A program made the position numbers and the translations under genes. Below the pieces are notes generated by a model. The model did not search any database and was not told the DNA's origin. It saw nothing but the letters and a program-made list of their open reading frames with translations. A DNA stretch of 64,000 nucleotides from Eledone cirrhosa. Lineage: Eukaryota. The first letter of the stretch is position 1, and the number at the start of each line of letters is the position of its first letter. The stretch spans positions 256,680,001 through 256,744,000 of the forward strand of contig OZ024743.1 of assembly GCA_964016885.1 (NCBI GenBank). The letters run 5' to 3'. This document shows, in pieces, positions 53,359 to 64,000 of this stretch.

Positions 53359-53360
<2 letters not shown>
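52880..53360 (-). mobile_element. Decayed RTE 3' fragment
   Basis: AMLHSSET*AVNTEDMQKLERNE..; RTE-type 3' tail. Confidence 0.75.
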
Positions 53361-53423
<63 letters not shown>

Positions 53424-54049
53424 TGGGTGGGTGGCTGTTGTGTCATGTATAACACATATATGTGTGGGACTGCATTGTATCATACATAACACATTTGTTT
53501 TGCTCATTATATATAACAGATATGTATGTGAGTTTATATACATACATACACACACACACACGCCTTTAATACATTGTGGGGAAAAAATGAAAATGCTTGC
53601 AGATATTGGAAGTTATTTCTGTTCTGGCTGAGTAGGTGATATTATTGGAATGTAAAGTCCAATCAACAAAAAGTCTGGGACATTGCATTTGACTTCAGAC
53701 TAGACTAGGCTGTCAAATGATTGACGTATTTAGATATATGGAACAATAACTACGTAGAGATATGCATAGTAATATTTATGAATATATATATATATATATG
53801 TGGGTGAGCGCCTATATATATATGTGTGTGTGTGTGTGTGTATGTAGAGAGATATCTGTATACATATATATACATATATATGAGCGTGTTTGTGTGCATA
53901 TACACCCATACATATTATGTTTTGTGGAAAGATATATTTACACAATTCTGCCCGTCTTGCATTGCATCTCATTCTCATCTCTCTCTGTCTCAGTTTGTGT
54001 ATTAGATTGTATAATGATTATATTATACATATATATGTCTATGTTCTAT

Positions 54050-54129
<80 letters not shown>

Positions 54130-54139
54130 ACACACACAT

Positions 54140-54179
<40 letters not shown>

Positions 54180-54744
54180 GTGGTTCATCTATGTTTATAT
54201 AATTTCTGTCATTTTCATGAAGATATAATTTACATTTTCCTATACTGTATCAGTATGATATTCCCGAAATTTAATTTACCATTATATTCTTCAATTGTGT
54301 GTGTGTCTGTGTGTGTGAGTATGTACATAATTGTGAATGTGTTTATCTATTTGTGAATTTCCTTAACATACTACACACACCTCACACACATATATATTAT
54401 AGGAATAGATAGATAGAGAGAGTGATCATGAGAAGGATAAATATATAGATATCTTAAATAGATAGATACCTTAGATAGATAGATATTTACTATATAGATA
54501 CCTTAGATAGATAGATAGATAGATAGATAGATATGCAACTATATAATGAACAGTGGTGTGACAATGATATAAACATATATATTGCAGACAGCAATAAAAA
54601 GAGGTTTACAATGTGAGAGATTGCTGGATATATAATAACAATAATAACAATAACAATAACAACAATAATAATAATATTAATGATAATAACAATAATAATA
54701 AAAGATTGTTTTATACACCACTGTTAATTTTTTTTTTTATTCTG

Positions 54745-54940
54745 TGTGTTGTCTTCTATTATAGCAATCATGTCTAGATTGAATTTCAATCTCATAATGA
54801 GCCATACTCTAAATTTCCTACTGAATAAAATTTCAGTTCTGATAACATCTACTTTAACAAATTCCTATTCATATAAAATAATTTGAACTTTTCCTCGTGT
54901 ATAGAATTCAAAATTATCTTTCTATAGTTAAGAATATTGC
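54745..54940 (-). pseudogene. Candidate decayed LRR-gene exon
   Basis: After an AG acceptor: ILNSIHEEKFKLFYMNRNLLK*MLSELKFYSVGNLEYGSL* (LRR-like periodicity, in-frame stops). Confidence 0.35.
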
Positions 54941-55268
54941 CTGCAATTCACATGAACCAATTATATGTGTAGAGAATATATATGTGATTGTGATCATACA
55001 TTCAAAATTGACCACTCTCAAATACTACTTCTATGTAAAGAATGATGTTTGTGAGTGTTTATGTAAGAAAGTGACTGTACATGATTGTGTATGCATGTGT
55101 TTGTATTTGTTCATAATTGCATCTTTTCATAGATTCTAAATGAACAATAACAGGTAGTATTTCCATGCATTCATGTGTGTGCATATGTGTGTGTATATGA
55201 AAGGAAAAGAGAGACAGAGCCCTCTGGAAGGTAAGAGAAAGTATGTGGGTTTTGGTGTGTATGTTTGT

Positions 55269-55310
<42 letters not shown>

Positions 55311-55449
55311 TTAAATTCCCTCAGTACAGGTTGAATAAGTTGGCCCTCTTAGCTACGTGTATTCCTGGTATGGCATTGTAATAATGAACACATATATTTC
55401 AGGAGAAGTAAGAGCCAAACTAGCAACTTGCATAGTCGAACATGTAATA

Positions 55450-56970
55450 CAGGGTGGTGCAGCTGTACAATCATAAATTGCTACATGAATAAAGGTGATG
55501 CTCTAGTAAGGGGCAACTACAGAGGAATCAAACTAATTGATCAAGTTATGAAAGTGACAGAAAGAGTTCTAGCATAGCTAATTATGGAAAGAGTCAAATT
55601 AGATGAGATACTGTTCGGTTTTGTGTCTCAGAAAAGTACTATAGATGCCCTCTTCTTAGTGAGACTACTAGAGAAGATACTAGCCAAGTATAAGTTGCTA
55701 TATTTAGCTTTTGTTGATCTAGAAAAGGCCCATGACAAATTACCATGTTCTGTTATCTGGAGATCCTCAAGAAACGATGACTTGTGAGAGCAGTGCAAGC
55801 CATGTACAGAGGAGCTGTCAGTAAAGTGAGAATAGGAAGTTAGTTTAGTGAGAAATTCAGGGTACAAGTAGGAGTACATCAGGATTCAGTCCTCAAGCCA
55901 CTGCTCTTCATTATAGTCCTCCAGGACATAACAAAAGAGTTTAAGACTGGCTGCCCATGCAAACTTCTTTATGCAGATGAGCTGGTCCTTATAGCTGAAC
56001 CCATAAAAGAACTAATGAATAAGTCCCGGCTATGGGAACAGAATTTGAAATCAAAAAGGCTGAGAATAAACTTAACCAAAACTAATGTGCTAGTGAGTAG
56101 AAGAGAAGATAGGACCCAGATTCTTTCAGGGAAGTGGCCATGCTCAATATGTGGGAAAGGAGTAGGCATAAATATATGATGTACATGATGTAAATCTTGG
56201 ATACACAAGAGATGTAGTGGGATAACAAACAGAATAACAGGAAGGGAAGACTTTAAATGTAGATGTATAGGAGTAATCAAGAGGAAGAGTGCCAATGATA
56301 TAAATCTTTTCCAAACACCTGACGGATCCAGAGATGTGATTAATAACTTCTGCTTTCTAGGTGTTTTCATGAGCAGCAGAAGATGGTGATCTGAGAACAT
56401 AATATCTGGAATAAGGATAGGATGGAAAAAGTTTAGAGTTACTCGCACACTGCTGACAACAAAAGATTTCTCCTTTCATACAAAAGAACAACTATATGTT
56501 GCCTGTGTGTGAGGTGCAATGCTGCATGGTAGAGAAACCTGAGCAGTGACTGAAGAGGACATTCATAGGCTGGAGATAAATTAAGCAACTATGCTCGGTT
56601 GGATGTGCAATGTAAATGTGTGAGAAAAACAGAGCTTCGATGAAATAAGGGAGAAACTGGATTTAAGAGGAATCCAAAGTGGTGTTCAAGAGAGGAGGTT
56701 GCTTTGGTACTAATATGTGATGCACATGGAAGATGATCGGTGGGTGAATAGTTGCAAGGAAACCACAGTAAAAAGAACTCACAGTAGAGGCAGACCAAGA
56801 AGGACATGGGCAGAGAAGGGGAGAGCTGATATCAAGTCACTGAGATTCACAGAGATGACGAAGGAATGCAATGTGTGGAGAGATACTGTGCTGAAAAGGA
56901 GTTGTCCAACCTATGTGAGCATGGAAAAATGTACCTAAAAGCAACATGAAACAACAATACTATGATGATA
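55450..56970 (+). mobile_element. Decayed RTE LINE, same family as 35.2-37.8 kb
   Basis: KGDALVRGNYRGIKLIDQVMKV, AFVDLEKA, LLYADEL, GKWPCSICGKG, GRPRRTW. Confidence 0.92.
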
Positions 56971-57139
56971 CATATTAGTTTAACTCTAGTAGATAAAGAA
57001 TCTTAAAATTTAAGGTGTTAATCTTTCATTGGAAGACAGAAGAGAGAGAGGAAGAAGAAGAAGAAATATAGAAGAGAGTAAGATAAGACAGAAAATATGA
57101 CAAAATTATTAAACATGTGTAGCTATACGAAAAGAGCAA

Positions 57140-58275
57140 TCCATAACCAATGGCCAAATGTCCTTCTCAACTTTCTCACTTTCCCTCTGAGGTCTCATGG
57201 TGAAGCAATATCCATAATACATACCTTGTTATTCTTCTTTTCTATGACAACAATGTCAGGCTTTCTAACTATGATAAAATGATCGCACTGGATGGTCATG
57301 TCCTACAAGATCTTATACTGTTCATTTTCAGCAACCATTTCTGGTTGGTGTTAATAACATTTCTCAATTCTGCTCATGTCATACTTATGACAGAGCTTCC
57401 AATGAACCAATCTGGTAATGTTGTCATACCTTCTCTTGTACTCTTTTTGAGCATGTGCCTTACATTCACTAGTATTGTGGTTTATTGTCTCACCTTTCTC
57501 ACCACACAACCTACAAAGTGGGGAATTCACTGACTTTTCAATATTGAACTTGATATAGTTTGTTCTCAGTGCCTGTTCCTGGGCTACAAAAATAAGGGTC
57601 TCAGTTTCAACTTTTAAATCACTTTTCCTAGTCCATTCCTAGTTCCTATTTTTGTTAATTGTCTCAGGCATTCATCATTCTGTCTGTCATGTTTAAATTC
57701 TCCTTTATCCTTTGCTTCATCACTGTTTAGGATCTTTATCTTTCTTAATCCTGCCATCAATGTCTCCTTTGAATTATTTATATACCATGCCAGATTATTT
57801 TCCTCACATATATTTCACAGCTAATGAGACATTTTTCTCCTCTTTGTTGTGATAGGTACAACTACTATCATGGTAGCTTTGGCGTGTAGAGCCCCTTCTT
57901 GTAGTATCATCATGTAACTACCTGCATCAGTGGTTAGCTGGCAAGACACTGCATCCTTTAAAATCTCCAAGCTTCCTGAAATTCACCAACACTACACCTG
58001 ATATTCCCCCTCTATATACACGCACACATGTATATCATGACTCATACAATGTTCATTTCCCTGACATTTGTACATTATTATATGCACTATACTTGCACCT
58101 TTGATGAGTTGTAGTGTACCTGAGCACTGTACATAATAATTTCATTATTATTATACATAAAGCTCCTTAAATTCATCACATTTTCATTCTATCATATCAG
58201 TGCTATAACTTAGAACTGTAAGAGCCCATGTGTTGATAGCCAATATCTTATTCCTACCACTTAACTTCGTCATAA
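57140..58275 (-). mobile_element. R4/Dong LINE fragment interrupted by a CR1-like 3' end
   Basis: NKILAINTWAL at ~58200-58270; ETETLIFVAQEQALRTNYIK, PLCRLCGEKGETINH and PDIVVIEK..DIASP (RLE endonuclease). Confidence 0.88.
57912..58155 (+). mobile_element. CR1/L2-like LINE 3' end
   Basis: LPASVVSWQDTASFK C-terminal motif, 3' UTR and (ATT)n tail. Confidence 0.6.
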
Positions 58276-58929
58276 ACATAACATTCTAAATGATTGGCAA
58301 ACTTGTGCCCAAAATACCACAAATAAAATCAAAAGACACAAATGGACAGGTGAAGAATATGCTTTGATTCTACATATATATTTTACAGCAACACTATACA
58401 CTAAAAATGAAAACACATCACAATAAAATGTGGTAAAAAAAAAAAACAGCCCACACTCTGATTTAAAGCTTGAGCCCAACAAATTAGCAAATTTAAGAAG
58501 ATACATATTAAAAACTAACAAAAAATATCATACATGAAAATAGAGCACTTAAAAGAATAAATACACAGCAAAAACACAAATAACGAACATAAACATATTG
58601 AGAATTAATAAGAAAAAAACGGTAATCTGGCTATCATAGTCTTAATAATCATCAATAAAACATTAAATGGAAAAAATGAAATTTCATTTCTCACTTTTAG
58701 TACGGCTGATACTTAAATATAAGTATGTATACGTACATACATATATGTATACAGACGTACCGTAGTATGTATATACATACATGCACATATATATATATAT
58801 ATGTACGTATGGGTCTACCGGACATTTATTATGTGTGAATGTATGTGTGTATATATATACTACTGTACGTCTGTATACATATATGTATGTACGTATACAT
58901 ACTTATAAATAAAAATATTAATATCACAA

Positions 58930-61500
58930 AACTAAATAATATAATATTGCAGCAGCTGCTGTTGTTACAACAGAAAGGAGGAACCCCTTAGATCTACACA
59001 AGCAAGAAAAACAAATCTACAGAAACATGGAAATTAAAGATAAAAAAAGAAAGAAAAGAAAATATACCTGTTTATCTTAAACCAATTGAAAAGAAAACAA
59101 CAAAACTAGGGATAGGAAAGAAAATAAAAATATTTAAGAAATATAATATAACAGAAAAGGAAATCCAAGAGATTAAGGGTGCATAAAACAACAAATACTT
59201 GCAAAGGCACAAGAATCTGGAGATATGATAAATGGCAAAAGAAGTTTGAACAAAACCAGCTAATTCCCTCTAACCACAAATGATTCTACTGGGAACTTAA
59301 TAGAAGTAAATGTTAAATGTAGCCCTGAATGTAAAAGAAGTGGAAGAGTTCTGGAGAAGATCATGAGCAGAATGAGAAGAAAAATTACCTTGCGCAGAAC
59401 TAGCCAGAACAACGAACATAGCAGTGGAAAAACAAGGAGAAAATATTACAATAGATGATGTGTCTAGCGCACTGAAAAAAAGCAAGAAACTGGAAGGCTA
59501 AGAGTTCTGACAAGGTCACTAGAAAATTTAACAGAGGTGCATGATGTCCTTGAAAAAAACTTTAATGAGTTGGTGATAGAGCCAGAAAAAACGCCTGACA
59601 AGCTCACTAAGGGGAAAACATCCTCATCCAGAAGAATAATTACACATGAAAACCCTCACAACTATGCCTGTCCACTATATACACAACTTTAACTGCAATC
59701 GTATTGCAGAACTGACCAAACACCTGGAAAAAAAGAACAGTCTGCTTCTAGAAGAACAGAAAGGATGCTGCAAAGGCTCATATGGCTGTAAAGACCAGTT
59801 GCTAATCAATAAAACCCTAATCAAAACTTAGCATGGCATGGATCAACTCCCAAAAAGCTTTGATAGTGTTTCCCCTACATGGATACAAAACACACTCGCC
59901 TTGATTAAAGTAGCACCAACAATAAAAACATTTATCAAGCATGCCATGAGTTGGTAGCAAACAGTTCTACCAATATAAACGAAGGATGAAATTATAAAAA
60001 ACAGCCCATCTCAATCAACAGAGGGATATTTCAAGGTGACTCCTTATGATCAGTTTTTCTGTTTAACACTAACACAATTACCCGAGACACTAATGTATAA
60101 ATGCTACAAAAAGAAAATTAACCATCTCCTATATATGGACGATCTAAAGCTGTATGAAGCAGACGAAAGACAACTCAAAACACTGCTACAGACAGTACAT
60201 GGATTCACAGAAGAAATAGGCATGAAATTTGGACTAGACAAATGTGCCAAGGCAACTCCAAAGTGAGGAAAACTTGTGAAAAACACTAATATCATGCTAA
60301 ATAAAATTGAAATAAGAGGATTAGATTAAACACAGACATACAAATACTTAGGAATCAACGAACTAAACTGCGTTCAACACACACAGATGAAAGAAAAGAT
60401 TAGACAGGAATAATATAGATGGATTAGTCGACTACTTAAAACTGAACTAAATACAAAGAATAATGTAATTGGTATCAATACTCTAGCGATCCTAATATAA
60501 AACTACAGTTAATAGCCAGGAAAGATGATCAAAGCAAAAAATTCTTCTCTGTCTTTAATGAAGCCAACAAATTCAAATCAGAAGCCAGATTAACAGATAA
60601 CTGCGAGGAGGAAAATGAAAATAAAAAAGAAATAAGAGAAATTGGGAAAAACGAAATATAAATTGAAAACAGACCTCCATAATGCTATGTTAAAACAATG
60701 GTAAAAAAAGAAGCCTTAGATGGCCAATACCCCCAAAAGCTGAATAGATAGGAAGTAGACAAGAAAACCTCACAAGATCAAGGACTCCCTGTAGAAACCA
60801 GCAAAAGTATATATTGAAGATGAACACAATACATAACTGCAGAATATGTTGAGGTGGGGTAGAAGAAACAATTAAACCACATTTTCTCTTGCTGCTCAGT
60901 CTTAGCGAAAACGGAGTATATCCACAGATATGATATAGTATATCCACAGATATGATATAGTATATCCACAGATATGATATAGTGTATATGATTTATATAC
61001 ACTGGAAGTTATGCTATCATTATTAAATACCACCTGAAAAAAAGGAATAGAAACACACAAGAAAATGTGACAGAGAATGACAAAGTGACCATTCTCTGGG
61101 ATATATGCCAGTGCACACAAACAGTGAGATCTAAACCAATAGACTGGATATTACAGTTAGAGACCATAATAATAAAAATGCCTTCTAATTGAGGTATCTA
61201 TCCCAACATATGACAATGTATCTACCAAGGAAATGGAAAAAAACTATCTAAATATAAAGATCTAGAGATAGAAATAACATGAATGTGGATGATGAAATCA
61301 CAAACAATCCCTAGCATAACAGGTGCTCTGTAAATTATAAAAAACAAACACAGATTCATAACCGAAACTGCAGAGCTATAAATATATACAGCATACAAAA
61401 AGTACCACTACTTGCCACTGCGCACAAAACTGCACTCAGTAATGCAGTGAGAATGCACATTAAGAATAAGATTAATAATGATTATAATAACAATAACGAT
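58930..61500 (+). mobile_element. Long decayed R4/Dong LINE
   Basis: EEQKGCCKGSYGCKDQLLIN, KAFDSV, GIFQGD, INHLLYMDDLKLY, FGLDKCA, YKYLGI, ILWD and KYKDL. Ends in (AAT)n. Confidence 0.92.
60916..60982. repeat. 22-bp tandem triplication gtatatccacagatatgatata inside the R4 element
   Basis: Three consecutive units. Confidence 0.9.
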
Positions 61501-61530
61501 AATAATATAAATCATATATATATGTATGTG

Positions 61531-61599
<69 letters not shown>

Positions 61600-61607
<8 letters not shown>

Positions 61608-61895
61608 GAAAACACAGGTAAGTATTGAGAGAAGGATTTTATCCAGGTATTTACGACCAGTTCATTGGTAAGTGCAACCTTTTATTGCTATACTGCAAAT
61701 AGCAGCCACTCAATTATAATTGTTGTTCACAGTCCAAATTTTCACTATTTTGAAAATGTGGACTGTGAACAACAATTATAATTGAGTGGCTGCTATTTGC
61801 AGTATAGCAATATAAGGTTGCACTTACCAATGAAACGGTCGTAAATACCTGGATAAAATCCTTCTCTTAATGCTTACCTGTGGTTTCTCTTTTAT
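61600..61895. mobile_element. Near-perfect ~290 bp palindromic (fold-back) element next to (TA)n
   Basis: Arms of ~145 bp are reverse complements with few mismatches around a central ttttcactattttgaaaa. A half copy lies at 28945-29285. Confidence 0.88.
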
Positions 61896-62038
61896 ACTTT
61901 ATACTCCACGATTGAACGGAATTCTTACAAACTTGTGGAGTTACCCCTAACCGTACGTTGAAACCATCCATAAAACTGGCTTTCTAAACCAGGAACTGGA
62001 TCACAAAAAGCAATTTTCTGCTTCCCTATCTATCTATC

Positions 62039-62140
<102 letters not shown>

Positions 62141-62297
62141 TGTGTGTGTGAGAGTGTGCGCGTGTGTGTGTATATGTATATATATATATATGAATGAAGT
62201 AATTCCATTAGAAAGGTACAGGAAAAAGAGTGCTCTATGTAGGCTACAGAGCTTATTAGTTATGTAATAAACAACATGAGATAATTATGTCATTTAC

Positions 62298-62410
62298 CAG
62301 TGGTTACTTGAAACCAGATATATCTGTTTTCAATTGTCAGAATGAATAAAAGATGGTGTTTTTATTAAATATGGATTTGAAAACAAAATATAAGAAATAT
62401 GAAAGTGAGG
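62298..62410 (-). pseudogene. Candidate exon, inverted paralog of 34587-34702
   Basis: cctcag/CCTCACTTTCATAT..AACCACTG/gtaaatg with shared downstream intronic sequence. Reads PSFIHSDN*KQIYLVSSNH. Confidence 0.5.
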
Positions 62411-62429
62411 CTGAGGAAGCAACGGGCGA

Positions 62430-62680
62430 AGAAGAGAAAAAAAAAAGGAAAAAAAGAAAACAAGAAAAAAAGAAAAAAAGAAAAAAAAGAAAAAAAGAAA
62501 AAAAGAAAAAAAGAAAAAAAGAAAAAAGAAAAAAGAAAAAAGAAAAAAAGAAAAAAAGAAAAAAGAAAAAAGAAAAAAGAAAAAAAGAAAATAAGAAAAA
62601 AAGAAAAAAAGAAAAAAGGAAAAAAAGAAAAAAAGAAAAAAAGAAAAAAAGAAAAAAAGAAAAAAAGAAAAAAAGAAAAA
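62430..62680. repeat. (GAAAAAA)n purine tract
   Basis: Directly visible. Confidence 0.95.
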
Positions 62681-63151
62681 TACATATGTATATATAAAAA
62701 CAATAAATATATAAACATACACACACTCAACCACGCGCATATACTTAAAAAGTACGTAGAAGTAACTTTGTCACATAAGCGTATATGTATCTATAGGCAT
62801 GGACAAAATACATACACATACATATACAAGAAGTAATAAGAAAAAAAAAATAAATGAATAAGAACAAAAAATACAAAGTCAAAAATAAAAGATACGTGTT
62901 GACAACGATAAGTGAGAGGAGGGAAAAATAAAAACAATTAAAAATATACAAATACACGAGGTGTACATATACATAAATATATATGTATATAAAATATATA
63001 TACACATTTATATATATACACACATACATACACACACACGCACACACACACACACAAACATGCACAAATACTCATACACACGTATAAAAACACATACAAA
63101 AATGTATGTGTATATACATATATATATATATATATACATACATATATATAC

Positions 63152-63183
<32 letters not shown>

Positions 63184-63519
63184 ATATATACATATATATA
63201 TACATATATATATATATACATATATATACATATACATATATATATACATATATATATATATATATGTGTGTGTGTGTATATATATGTATATATATGTATA
63301 TATATATATATTTAAAAGAATAGAGGTGTAATTATATATATATATGTATATATATATGTATGTATATATATATATATATATAGTATCATCATCATCATCA
63401 TATCTGTTTAGTATCCATTCTTACATGCTTGCATGGGTTAGACGGGTCATCCATGCCAGGAAGCAAATCTGGTCAGCGTTGACAATGTCACACCATGCTT
63501 TGGCAAATACAGTACATTT

Positions 63520-63845
63520 GACTGGATATTACAGTTAGAGACCATAATAATAAAAATGCCTTCTAATTGATGTATCTATCCCAACATATGACAATGTATC
63601 TACCAAGGAAATGGAAAAAAACTATCTAAATATAAAGATCTAGAGATAGAAATAACATGAATGTGGATGATGAAATCACAAACAATCCCTAGCATAACAG
63701 GTGCTCTGTAAATTATAAAAAACAAACACAGATTCATAACCGAAACTGCAGAGCTATAAATATATACAGCATACAAAAAGTACCACTACTTGCCACTGCG
63801 CACAGAACTGCACTCAGTAATGCAGTGAGAATGCACATTAAGAAT
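63520..63845 (+). repeat. 326-bp near-identical copy of 61142-61467
   Basis: gactggatattacagttagagacc..gcacattaagaat in both. I saw two substitutions. Confidence 0.93.
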
Positions 63846-64000
63846 TCACTTGGGGTCACTGTGTTACACCTGGTATCACAGTGTTACATTTGGTGTTACA
63901 TTGGGTGGCACATTGTTACAGTGTGTGTCACAGGGTTACTCTCACGTTAACACTGTTATTCTCATTGTATCTGTGTGACATTTGCTGTAACAATGATACT

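Noticed and set aside
60916-60982. CRISPR-like short repeats (also the 85 bp and 95 bp arrays)
   Set aside because: No unique spacers, no cas genes, eukaryotic context.
62330-62836. Lys-rich and Phe-rich ORFs
   Set aside because: Translations of a (GAAAAAA)n tract.

Overview
AT-rich, microsatellite-dense eukaryotic genomic DNA. The SINE and repeat landscape looks like a coleoid cephalopod, most likely Octopus (inferred from recalled repeat families, not from a search). I found no intact protein-coding gene. The window is mostly transposable-element debris: about 20 tRNA-derived Nin/Deu-type SINEs, many RTE-clade LINE fragments (the best preserved at 35.2-37.8 kb), R4/Dong LINE fragments in (TAA)n, Penelope-like elements with degenerate hammerhead-ribozyme cores, an L1/Tx1 3' end, a CR1-like 3' end, a split Tigger/pogo transposase and TTAA-flanked MITE-like elements. 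One element is complete: a 2.09 kb non-autonomous LTR element with tRNA-Trp PBS, PPT and a 4-bp TSD. Signals beyond TEs: (i) paralogous splice-site-bounded blocks in opposite orientations with decayed leucine-rich-repeat motifs, suggesting a locally duplicated LRR gene family that is largely pseudogenised; (ii) a frameshifted GT92 glycosyltransferase-like pseudogene; (iii) a ~730 bp direct duplication flanking a tiny R4/Dong 3' end with a fold-back junction; (iv) six near-perfect fold-back hairpins. I cannot support a claim of a new biological system from the sequence alone. Coordinates were read by eye and may be off by a few to tens of bases.
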